From the NCBI GenBank assembly GCA_963741955.1, contig CAVUKB010000010.1, positions 448,001-512,000 on the forward strand: a DNA stretch of 64,000 bases. The letters are read 5' to 3'. Within the stretch, counting starts at the first letter, position 1, and each line of letters opens with the position of its first letter. The notes beneath the pieces were generated by a model. It did not search any database. It was not told where the DNA came from and saw nothing but the letters and a program-made list of their open reading frames with translations. This document shows positions 23,045 through 31,911 of this stretch, one piece after another. This DNA is from an uncultured Acidobacteriota bacterium (GTDB lineage Bacteria > Acidobacteriota > Thermoanaerobaculia > Gp7-AA8). The position numbers and the translations under genes were made by a program.

Positions 23045-23838
23045 TCGCCGATGAAATTGTGCGTGAGTTTCGGGATCGCATCGTTCGACACCGCACTCAC
23101 GAATGAGATGCTCGGTTGACTTACCGTCACGGAAACGTACGTGCCACGGAGTCTCCCTTCCGGTCCGCACGCGGTGTAGCCCACCACTCCGGAGTCGAGC
23201 CGCACCGCCTGGATCGTGGTGTTGGCGGGAATCGTGATCGTGGCGGACGCAATGCTCGCGTCGTCGCACATCCGGTGGACCGACACATCCGCAACGGCGG
23301 CGTCCGTTCCCGCGTTGTAGATCGCCACGTTCACCCGCCGATCCATGAGGCCGAGATCCGTTCCCAGGAATACCTGCTCCTCATTCGCCGGCTTGAGTGC
23401 GGTGAATTCCGGGAGTGTGATCTGCCCGAGCGAGGTGGCCATGTCGTGGAATTCGCAGTCGACCGCCCTCAGCTCGAGATAAGTGTTCGTATCGACTCCC
23501 TCGGGAACGTCGAGCTTCCAGATCCAGATAGGGACACCGCCCAGCGCGCTGGGTTGCCAGGTGCCAGCCACCGCACTCTCGATCGATGAACTTGCACCCG
23601 GCGCTATGGTGAATTCCCGGCTGGGCGTGTCGATCACGCCGTTGCTCGCATCGAGCAGACGAATCGTCTGAGGCGCGTTCGTTCCGTTGTGAAAGAGCAC
23701 GTTGGAATGCCAGAACTGATAGACACAGGGGTTGATCGGCGCGCCCGCGGCTGTGACGCCGATTGTATAGAGGTCCCTCGCCGAGACCGCCGTCGCCGTC
23801 GCGATGATCAGCACGGCTATCAGAGTTCGCACGTTCAT
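23041..23838 (-). CDS. Secreted hypothetical protein, copy 1
   Basis: GGAGG RBS, signal peptide, 4 Cys, paralogue at 28357-29148. Confidence 0.85.
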   Translation of the reverse strand: MNVRTLIAVLIIATATAVSARDLYTIGVTAAGAPINPCVYQFWHSNVLFHNGTNAPQTIRLLDASNGVIDTPSREFTIAPGASSSIESAVAGTWQPSALGGVPIWIWKLDVPEGVDTNTYLELRAVDCEFHDMATSLGQITLPEFTALKPANEEQVFLGTDLGLMDRRVNVAIYNAGTDAAVADVSVHRMCDDASIASATITIPANTTIQAVRLDSGVVGYTACGPEGRLRGTYVSVTVSQPSISFVSAVSNDAIPKLTHNFIGD

Positions 23839-23897
23839 GTCGCCTCCTTCCAGATTCGGGACCGTCGTCCGGAGCGGTCCTCATCGATTCACAAGAT

Positions 23898-25481
23898 TCA
23901 ATACACGATCCGAGCGAGATTGACCTCTCCATTGTCAGGGCCCGGAACCGTAACGAACGCTGGGACCGCGCGTTCTCCGAACGAATAGCTCCAGTCCCAC
24001 AGTGATTGATAATCCCCGATGAAGAATGCATCCGCGCCCGCCACGGTTGAAATTAGGGTCGGATCAGATTGGCTCGACGTGATCCTCGTGTTCGGCTCGA
24101 GCCGCACGCCGTCGACGTTCAGATATGCATAGTATTCATGGTATTTCTTGTTCTGGGGGTCGTCGCGGCGATCGTAGAAGGCGATCACCACGTTGCCCGC
24201 ACTATTGAAGTCGATCGCGGGCATGAATTGATCGTTCGTGCTGTTGTCGTTCACCTGGATCGCGTTGCGCCAGCCCCAGGCGTTGCAGTTCGACGTGCAG
24301 GGCTTATAGCTATAATAGACTTCCATCGATCCGGTCTCGGCGGAATAGCCCATCCACGTGACGATAACGCGACCCGATTGGTAATGAAAGCGCGCGAGGG
24401 CGCATGTTTGCGCAGGCACGCCCGGGTAGATCGTCGGCCCCAGGTAATAGGGCCCGGTCACCTGTTCGTACCAACCAAAAGAGATTCCGTAATCGGTGGA
24501 TGACGCCACGACGATTCTCTGGTTCGTATTGTCCAACCAGAACACGTACAGTTTGCCCGTATTCGAATCCACCACGAGGTCCGGAGCAGTCACGCGGCCG
24601 ATCGAGATCACGACGGGCGTACCGAAGCTGAGGCCGCCATCGGTGCTGCGTTCGACGACGAGCGCGTTTTGCGTGCGATCGTACTCGTTCACACTCACGT
24701 AGGCGACGTACACGTATCCGAGCGTGTTCGGGTGCGTCGAGACTGCGATGGCGGGGCGATCGAGGAGGTAGTGGTTGCTGCGCATTTCAACGATGGTCGG
24801 GCCAGACCACGTCGCTCCCCCGGTGTCCGTTCGCCAGACTCCGATCGCGCTGATATCCGTGAAATTGCCGTTGTGAAGAAGGCCGGCCACGTAGACGCGC
24901 TTTCCGGCGATACCACCGGTGTAGGGGTTGACGGCCGTCTGCGGGTCGGCAGACCGCGTGTACCCGGCTGGAATGCTCAACTGGCCGGTCGTGAAGGAGG
25001 AGAAGTTCGTCGTGTAGGCGTAGTAGATCGAGGCGTACTTTTGAGGCGGACCGTACTTGATCCACGCGGATACGCTGTATTGCGTCCCAAAGACGGTCGT
25101 TGCGGTCGTCGATGGTTCCACGTCGAGATACGCATCGTTCGTGACCCGTATGGGCCCCCCTGAGAGCGACTCGACGCTGAGATTCGATGAACTATCGGTG
25201 GCGCCGCCGAATGTCTCTGCGTCGCCGACTTCGCTCGAGCGGGCCAGATCGGAGTAGAGGGCTCCGCTGAGCGTGAAGCCGTCCAGTTCAGCGCGCGTCA
25301 GGGGCGTCCGAGGAGGGCCTGGCGTCCATATCCGTGTCGGTTGTTGGTTCGGGGCGGTCGGTTTCACCGCTGCCGGCATCGCGACAGCCGGAAGCGGCGG
25401 TGGGTCGCTGGCGCGGACCGGGAGCGTAGAGGCGATCGCGACTACTGCGGCGGCGGCAAGCATGGTGCGCACGGAAGACAT
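23898..25481 (-). CDS. Secreted Asp-box/BNR (sialidase-fold-like) protein, copy 1
   Basis: Signal peptide; Asp-boxes TDTGGATW, STDGGLSF, STDYGISF; DQFMP and FIGDY motifs. Confidence 0.85.
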   Translation of the reverse strand: MSSVRTMLAAAAVVAIASTLPVRASDPPPLPAVAMPAAVKPTAPNQQPTRIWTPGPPRTPLTRAELDGFTLSGALYSDLARSSEVGDAETFGGATDSSSNLSVESLSGGPIRVTNDAYLDVEPSTTATTVFGTQYSVSAWIKYGPPQKYASIYYAYTTNFSSFTTGQLSIPAGYTRSADPQTAVNPYTGGIAGKRVYVAGLLHNGNFTDISAIGVWRTDTGGATWSGPTIVEMRSNHYLLDRPAIAVSTHPNTLGYVYVAYVSVNEYDRTQNALVVERSTDGGLSFGTPVVISIGRVTAPDLVVDSNTGKLYVFWLDNTNQRIVVASSTDYGISFGWYEQVTGPYYLGPTIYPGVPAQTCALARFHYQSGRVIVTWMGYSAETGSMEVYYSYKPCTSNCNAWGWRNAIQVNDNSTNDQFMPAIDFNSAGNVVIAFYDRRDDPQNKKYHEYYAYLNVDGVRLEPNTRITSSQSDPTLISTVAGADAFFIGDYQSLWDWSYSFGERAVPAFVTVPGPDNGEVNLARIVY

Positions 25482-25740
25482 GGAGATTCCCTTCAGAATG
25501 AAGATGTTAGAAGACGATTCTGGAGAGATGGATGTCACCCAGACGGGTACCGAAGATCCCCGTCCACGCACCGCTGATGCTCTCGCCATCTCCGTATATC
25601 CAATCCCAGGTGTGCTGGTCGTTCGTCTCATGGAGTTCCTCCGTCCGTTTCATCGCGCTCGGTGTCCACGGCGTTCGACTCGCCGACGCGGTTCCTCAAA
25701 CATAGGCCGGCGCCTGCGTCACGTATAGTCGCTATTCTTG

Positions 25741-27324
25741 GGTTCTCCTAACAGGTGTGTAGGTGCGGAATGATTGTCGGAGGCATGCAGGAACGGCGAC
25801 GCGGCTGTTTTCGAGGAGCAAGTCGGTGTTCGCCGAAGCGTTCGGAAAGCGAAGTTGTGGAAACCGCGGAAAACGCCGCCACCCGGCCGCCGCGTTTTCC
25901 GCCGTTCCCACAACTTGCCCCGCCGTCGCGGAAGGATCTGAAGGAGCCCCGAAAGTCGCTGCTCGTGGAGAGGTGAAGATCGAAGCAGCGATAGCAGGTT
26001 GGAATCGGCGAACCGTGCTGCCCATTTCCCGTAGTCTGTAGTCGATGAAACCAAGACACGGGGAGGACAGGCACGGTGCGCCTGACGACATTGTTCCGGA
26101 AGTTGCTCAACATGGCAAACGTAACGGTTCGCGGGGTTCGGTTCGAAGCTCGGAGTCTCTATCTCGACGTGAGTCCAACGTGGAGACGTCCGCGGTGCGG
26201 AGGGTGCGGACGGGTTGCTCCCGAGCTTCACGGAACGGTGATGAAGCATCGCGAATGGCGTCATCTCGGCCTCTGGGGATGCCGGGTGATGCTGCGGGCG
26301 GATCTGCCGCGGGTGCGTTGCCGCCGCTGCGGGGTGCGAACGGCCGCGGTTCCGTGGGCACGGCCTGGTTCGATGTTCACCCGCGCGTTCGAAGACGAGC
26401 TTGCCTGGTTTCTGCAGCGATCCAATCAAACCGCGGTCTCGGCGTACTTCAAGGTCAGCTGGCTCACGGCCGGACGGATCGCCGCTCGAGTGGTTGCCGA
26501 AAAACGCGACCCGAACGCGCTCGAGAATCTGACCCGGATCGGCATCGACGAGATCTGCTGGGGGCGGCCGAAGAAGTTCATGACCGTGGTCACGAACCAC
26601 GAGACCGGGCAGATGATCTGGGCGGCGAAGGGTAAAAGTGCAGAGGTTCTCGACGGGCTGTTCGATCTGCTCGGCCCCGAGCGCTGCGCGCGAATCCGTC
26701 TGGTGAGCATCGACATGAGCGCGGCCTTCGAGAAAGCTGTTCGCGACCGACTGCCGAACGCCGAGGTCGTTTTCGATCGGTTCCACGTGGTCCAACTCCT
26801 CGGGAATGCGATCGATCAGGTGAGGCGGGACGAGATGCGAAAGGCCACCGGCGAGGAGCGCTCCGCTCTCAAATCCACTCGGTTCGTCCTCCTGAAGAAC
26901 CCCTGGAACCTGCGTGATGCCGAGGAGGCGAAACTCTCGGAGCTCGCGCGGATGAATCACACCCTCTTTCGCAGTTACCTGGTCAAGGAATCCTTTCAGG
27001 ACATCTATGACTCCTCGTCCGTCCGCCAAGCTGATCGACGGTTCAAGCGCTGGTATCAGTCCGCGGTTCATAGCCGCATTCAACCCCTCGTTCGCTTCGC
27101 GCGAACCGTCGCGGCGAAATGGCCTGGCATCCGCCGTTACTTCGAGTATCGACTCACGAATGCAGTTGCTGAAGGCTGCAACAACAAGATCCGAATGCTC
27201 AGTCACCGCGCTTTCGGCTTTCACACCGCGGAAGCTCTGATCGCAATGGCGTTCCTCTGTACGTCAGCAATCGCATTCCATCCTCTCGGCCTATGAACTC
27301 TGCTACACACCTGTTAGGAGATCC
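25741..27324 (+). mobile_element. Complete ISL3-family insertion sequence (1584 bp)
   Basis: 22-bp terminal IRs GG(T/A)TCTCCTAACAGGTGTGTAG; 8-bp TSD TATTCTTG at 25733-25740 and 27325-27332; empty site at 30959-30966. Confidence 0.95.
26076..27296 (+). CDS. ISL3-family transposase
   Basis: Zn finger CGGC...CRRC, IGIDE, SIDMS, FDRFHVV, TNAVAEGCNNKI. Confidence 0.96.
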   Translation: MRLTTLFRKLLNMANVTVRGVRFEARSLYLDVSPTWRRPRCGGCGRVAPELHGTVMKHREWRHLGLWGCRVMLRADLPRVRCRRCGVRTAAVPWARPGSMFTRAFEDELAWFLQRSNQTAVSAYFKVSWLTAGRIAARVVAEKRDPNALENLTRIGIDEICWGRPKKFMTVVTNHETGQMIWAAKGKSAEVLDGLFDLLGPERCARIRLVSIDMSAAFEKAVRDRLPNAEVVFDRFHVVQLLGNAIDQVRRDEMRKATGEERSALKSTRFVLLKNPWNLRDAEEAKLSELARMNHTLFRSYLVKESFQDIYDSSSVRQADRRFKRWYQSAVHSRIQPLVRFARTVAAKWPGIRRYFEYRLTNAVAEGCNNKIRMLSHRAFGFHTAEALIAMAFLCTSAIAFHPLGL

Positions 27325-27771
27325 TATTCTTGGACATCACAATTTGCTGTGATCTGCGGATGGCCGTTGTCGATTTGGGACGCCGTGGGCGTTGGGCTTT
27401 CTCGGTAAGATCCTTGCGTCCTCCCGAGGTGTCGCTCGAAGAGTTGATAGAGTCGGCGTCGGGTGCGGATCCCGGTGCGGTACGCGATCGTGGCGTTGGA
27501 GAGGGCGGTTGTCTCAAGGAGGTGTATTGCCGCATGAATCTGGCGGCAGATGATCCAGGCGGTGGTGGTGCGGCCCGTGAGCCGCTGGAAGTGCCGGTCG
27601 AGGTGTCGCCGGCTCAGTCGGAGTGTTGCGGCGAGTTCTTTCAACCGCCGGCGTGTTCTTCCGGGCGAAGCACGTTCGGAGGTAGGATTCTGCCGTGGAC
27701 AGGAGGTCGTCCATGGAGGATCGGTGTTGCGGTACGTCTTCCTTTCGCGAGTATCTGGGCACGTCGCGCAT
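27324..27771 (-). pseudogene. Stand-alone AraC-type HTH protein, copy 1, frameshifted
   Basis: One extra A near 27643 relative to copy 2 splits the frame; KELAATL.LSRRHLDRHF...IAYRTG. Confidence 0.8.
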
Positions 27772-27913
27772 CGAGAAAGTCCCCTTCCATCAGGGGAGTA
27801 CCGACAGGACCGTATTTCGCTACCCCCGCCGCGCCATATCGTCACGGTCTCGTAACATCCGGAGCGTGTCGAATGGCTGGTGCTTTCGCGGATGGGGATG
27901 CGCTCGACCAGGT

Positions 27914-27952
27914 CGCGAGGAAGGTCGAAGGCATTCGTGATGGTACCTCGGT
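27914..27952 (-). pseudogene. 5' stub of the Y1 transposase (MPSTFLA plus upstream sequence)
   Basis: CGCGAGGAAGGTCGAAGGCATTCGTGA..TACCTCGGT closely matches 22204-22242. Confidence 0.8.
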
Positions 27953-27968
27953 TGGCGGGAAGATACCG

Positions 27969-28270
27969 ATCTCCGGCGCCCCTTCGGGGCGGAACGATGG
28001 ATTGGAATCGCGAACGCGGGAACCGGTGGGTGCGGATCGCTGCGCGGTCCTTCCCACCGGCTAATGTCCGAGGCCCCTTCGGGGCGTGTGAGGGAATGGC
28101 GTCGGTCGCGAAAACCGGTGGGTGCGGGCCGCGATGCGGTCCTTCCCACCGGCTAATCTCCCTCGCCCCTTCGGGGCGTGTGGGGGAATGGCGTCGGTCA
28201 CGGGAACCGGTGGGTGCGGGCCGCGATGCGGTCCTTCCCACCGGCTAATGTCCGGCGCCCCTTCGGGGCG
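27969..28270 (-). repeat. Third REP-like array, ~3.3 units with more variable spacers
   Basis: Same GCCCCTTCGGGGCG and CCGGTGGG...TTCCCACCGGCTAAT core. Confidence 0.92.
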
Positions 28271-28356
28271 GGGCGCGCCCTCCTCGAGCCCTGAGTATTT
28301 CTTCGGGCGGTGGTATACCGGATGGAGATGCCGCCGCCTCGGCCCGATAGTAGGAC

Positions 28357-29148
28357 CTAGTCGCCGATGAAATTGTGCGTGAGTTTCGGGATCGTTTCGT
28401 TCGAAATCGCACTCACGAATGCGATGCTCGGCTGACTTACCGTCACGGACACGTACGTGCCGCGGCCTCTCCCTTCCGGTCCGCACGCGGTGTAGCCCAC
28501 CGCTCCCGAGGCGAGCCGCACCGCCTGGATCGTGGTGTTGGCGGGAATCGTGATCGTGGCGGATGCGATGGTCGCGTCGTCGCACATCCGGTGGACCGTC
28601 ACATCCGCAACGGCGGCCTCCGTTCCCGCATTGTAGATCGCGACGTTCACCCGCCGATCCATGAGGCCGAGATCCGTCCCGAGGAATACCTGCTCCTCAT
28701 CCGCGGGCTTGAGTGCGGTGAATTCCGGGAGCGTGATCTGCCCGAGCGAGGTGGCCATGTCGTGGAATTCGCAGTCGACCGCTCTCAGCTCGAGATAGGT
28801 GTTCGTATCGACTCCCTCGGGAACGTCGAGCTTCCAGATCCAGAGATTGTCTTCTCCGACCGCGATCGGCCGCCACTTTACATTCTCCCACTCGAGCGAG
28901 GTGCTCGCGCCGGCTGCGATGACGAACTCGCGAAAAGGCGCGTCGATGATTCCATTGCTCACACCCAGCAGGCGAATCATCTGAGGCGCGTGCGTTCCGT
29001 TGTGAAAGAGCACGTTGGATTGCCAGAACTGATAGACACACGGGTTAATGGGCGCGCCCGCGGCTTCAACGCCAATCATGTAGATGTCCTTCGCCAGCCC
29101 GGGAGCAGCGAGCGCGGCGATCAGAACTGTGAGTATCGCGTATTTCAT
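28357..29148 (-). CDS. Secreted hypothetical protein, copy 2
   Basis: MKYAILTVLIAALAAPGLA signal peptide, AAGGA RBS; paralogue of 23041-23838. Confidence 0.85.
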   Translation of the reverse strand: MKYAILTVLIAALAAPGLAKDIYMIGVEAAGAPINPCVYQFWQSNVLFHNGTHAPQMIRLLGVSNGIIDAPFREFVIAAGASTSLEWENVKWRPIAVGEDNLWIWKLDVPEGVDTNTYLELRAVDCEFHDMATSLGQITLPEFTALKPADEEQVFLGTDLGLMDRRVNVAIYNAGTEAAVADVTVHRMCDDATIASATITIPANTTIQAVRLASGAVGYTACGPEGRGRGTYVSVTVSQPSIAFVSAISNETIPKLTHNFIGD

Positions 29149-29222
29149 AATCTTCCTTTCTCGATATCCGGAGGCGTCGTCAGCGAAACTGCGAAGCCAC
29201 GCGTGCCGTAGTCGCGCCTGCG

Positions 29223-30707
29223 TCAATACGTGATCCGCGCAAGATCCACTTCCCCGTTGTCGGAACCTACAACCGTCGTGAACGCGGGTATGCCGCGCTC
29301 TCCGAACGAATAGGTCCAGTCCCACAGCGACTGGTAGTCGCCGATGAAGTCCACCACGGCGCCGGCGGTCGCATGGATATCTGTCGGATCTGATGGTGTA
29401 GTTGTTATTCGCGTATTTGCCTCCAAGCGCGCGCCGTCGACGTTCAGATATGCGTAGTATTCGTGATACTTTATGTTCTGGGGGTCGTCGCGGCGATCGT
29501 AGAAGGCGATCACCACGTTGCCGGCACTGTTGAAGTCGATCGCGGGCATGAATTGATCGTTCGTGCTGTTGTCGTTCACCTGGATCGGGTTGCGCCAGCC
29601 CCAGGCGTTGCAGTTCGACGTGCAGGGCTTATAGCTATAATAGACTTCCATCGATCCGGTCTCGGCGGAATAGCCCATCCACGTGACGATAACGCGACCC
29701 GATTGGTAATGGAAGCGCGCGAGGGCGCATGTTTGCGCGGGCACGCCCGGGTAGATCGTCGGCCCCAGGTAATAGGGCCCGGTCACCTGTTCGTACGAAC
29801 CAAAAGAGATTCCGTAATCGGTGGATGACGCCACGACGATTCTCTGGTTCGTATTGTCCGACCAGAACACGTACAGTTTGCCCGTATTCGAATCCACCAC
29901 GAGGTCCGGAGCAGTCACGCGGCCGATCGAGATTACGACGGGCGTACCGAAGCTAAGGCCGCCATCGGTGCTGCGTTCGACGACGAGCGCGTTTTGCGTG
30001 CGATCGTACTCGTTCACGCTCACGTAGGCGACGTACACGTATCCGAGCGTGTTCGGGTGCGTCGAGACTGCGATGGCAGGGCGATCGAGGAGGTAGTGGT
30101 TGCTGCGCATTTCAACGATGGTCGGGCCAGACCACGTACCACCGGTGTACGGGTTGACAGCCGTCTGCGGGTCGGCAGACCGCGTGTACCCGGCTGGAAT
30201 GCTCAGCTGGCCGGTCGTGAAGGAGGAGAAGTTCGTCGTGTAGGCGTAGTAGATCGAGGCGTACTTTTGAGGCGGACCGTACTTGATCCACGCGGATACG
30301 CTGTATTGCGTCCCAAAGACGGTCGTTGCGGTCGTCGATGGTTCCACGTCGAGATACGCATCGTTCGTGACCCGTATGGGCCCCCCTGAGAGCGACTCGA
30401 CGCTGAGATTCGATGAACTATCGGTGGCGCCGCCGAATGTCTCTGCGTCGCCGACTTCGCTCGAGCGGGCCAGATCGGAGTAGAGGGCTCCGCTGAGCGT
30501 GAAGCCGTCCAGTTCAGCGCGCGTCAGGGGCGTCCGAGGAGGGCCTGGCGTCCATATCCGTGTCGGTTGTTGGTTCGGGGCGGTCGGTCTCACCGCTGCC
30601 GGCATCGCGACAGCCGGAAGCGGCGGTGGGTCGCTGGCGCGGACCGGGAGCGTAGAGGCGATCGCGACTACTGCGGCGGCGGCAAGCATGGTGCGCACGG
30701 AAGACAT
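29223..30707 (-). CDS. Secreted Asp-box/BNR protein, copy 2 (33-aa in-frame deletion)
   Basis: Near-identical to copy 1 except for the deletion and a diverged C-terminus. Confidence 0.85.
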   Translation of the reverse strand: MSSVRTMLAAAAVVAIASTLPVRASDPPPLPAVAMPAAVRPTAPNQQPTRIWTPGPPRTPLTRAELDGFTLSGALYSDLARSSEVGDAETFGGATDSSSNLSVESLSGGPIRVTNDAYLDVEPSTTATTVFGTQYSVSAWIKYGPPQKYASIYYAYTTNFSSFTTGQLSIPAGYTRSADPQTAVNPYTGGTWSGPTIVEMRSNHYLLDRPAIAVSTHPNTLGYVYVAYVSVNEYDRTQNALVVERSTDGGLSFGTPVVISIGRVTAPDLVVDSNTGKLYVFWSDNTNQRIVVASSTDYGISFGSYEQVTGPYYLGPTIYPGVPAQTCALARFHYQSGRVIVTWMGYSAETGSMEVYYSYKPCTSNCNAWGWRNPIQVNDNSTNDQFMPAIDFNSAGNVVIAFYDRRDDPQNIKYHEYYAYLNVDGARLEANTRITTTPSDPTDIHATAGAVVDFIGDYQSLWDWTYSFGERGIPAFTTVVGSDNGEVDLARITY

Positions 30708-30957
30708 GGAGATTCCCTTCAGAATGAAGATGTTAGAAGACGATTCTGGAGAGATGGGTGTCGCCCGGACGTGCGCCGGAGATCCTCGTTCACGTGCTGC
30801 TGATGCTCTCCCCGTCTCCGTATGTCCAATCGCAGGCGTCCTGGTCGTTCGTCTCATGGGGTCCCTCCGTCCGTTTGATCGCGGTCGGTGTCCACGGCGT
30901 TCGACTCGCCGACGCGGTTCCTCAAACATAGGCCGGCGCCTGCGTCACGTATAGTCG

Positions 30958-31404
30958 CTATTCTTGGACATCACAATTTGCTGTGATCTGCGGATGGCCG
31001 TTGTCGATTTGGGACGCCGTGGGCGTTGGGCTTTCTCGGTAAGATCCTGGCGTCCTCCCGAGGTGTCGCTCGAAGAGTTGATAGAGTCGGCGTCGGGTGC
31101 GGATCCCGGTGCGGTACGCGATCGTGGCGTTGGAGAGGGCGGTTGTCTCAAGGAGGTGTATTGCCGCATGAATCTGGCGGCAGATGATCCAGCCGGTGGT
31201 GGTGCGGCCCGTGAGTCGCTGGAAGTGTCGGTCGAGGTGTCGCCGGCTCAGTCCGAGTGTTGCGGCGAGTTCTTTCACCGCCGGCGCGTTCTCCCGGGCG
31301 AAGCACGTCCGGAGGTAGGATTCTGCCGTGGACAGGAAGTCATCCGTGGAGGATCGTTGTTGCGGTACGTCTTCCTTACGCGAGTACCCGGGCCCGTCGC
31401 ACAT
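30958..31404 (-). CDS. Stand-alone AraC-type HTH protein, copy 2
   Basis: Open frame with two HTH motifs and no effector domain; start uncertain. Confidence 0.75.
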   Translation of the reverse strand: MCDGPGYSRKEDVPQQRSSTDDFLSTAESYLRTCFARENAPAVKELAATLGLSRRHLDRHFQRLTGRTTTGWIICRQIHAAIHLLETTALSNATIAYRTGIRTRRRLYQLFERHLGRTPGSYRESPTPTASQIDNGHPQITANCDVQE

Positions 31405-31547
31405 CGAAGAGTCCCCTTCCGTCAGGGGAGTACCGACAGGACCGCATTCCGCTACCCCGGTCCCCTCGTATCGTCACGGTGTCGTAACACCGCGAGCCTG
31501 TCGAAATAGCTGGGGCTTTCGCGGAAGGGGATGCGCTCGATCGGGTC

Positions 31548-31770
31548 TTTCGTGCGTATCTCGGCGGTTGCCTCAGGACACTCAACGCCATTCCTCTCGA
31601 GATCGGCGGGGTCTCGGACTGCCTTCAGCGTCAGCCCCTCGAATGTGGAGGGCGTGCGCCGGTATATCTGCGATCAGGAGGATCATCACCGCCGCCTCAG
31701 TTTTGAAGAGGAATATCGAAAGCTTCTCACCGACGCCGGGATCGAATTCGACGAACGCTATTTTCTTTGA
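31548..31770 (+). pseudogene. Y1 transposase remnant lacking N-terminus and HUH motif
   Basis: RAYLGGCLRTLNAIPLEIGGVSD joined out of frame to FSVSPSNVEGVRRYICDQEDHH...FDERYFL*. Confidence 0.9.
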
Positions 31771-31790
31771 CCTCGTCGCGTCCCGCGCAT

Positions 31791-31903
31791 CATCTGGCAC
31801 ACCCCTTAGGGGTGCCAATCGGTCTCGCTCTCCTCGTAAACCGGTGGGAAGGACGGCTGCGCCGTCCTTCCCACCGGCTAATGTCCGTCGCCCCTTCGGG
31901 GCG
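31791..31903 (-). repeat. Fourth REP-like cluster (~1.3 units) 3' of the transposase remnant
   Basis: CACCCCTTAGGGGTG, CCGGTGGGAAGGACGGC...GCCGTCCTTCCCACCGG, CGCCCCTTCGGGGCG. Confidence 0.88.
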
Positions 31904-31911
31904 GAACCAGA

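Noticed and set aside
23041-31547. Diversity-generating retroelement (template/variable repeat pair)
   Set aside because: No reverse transcriptase in the window, differences are not confined to adenines, and whole genes are duplicated.
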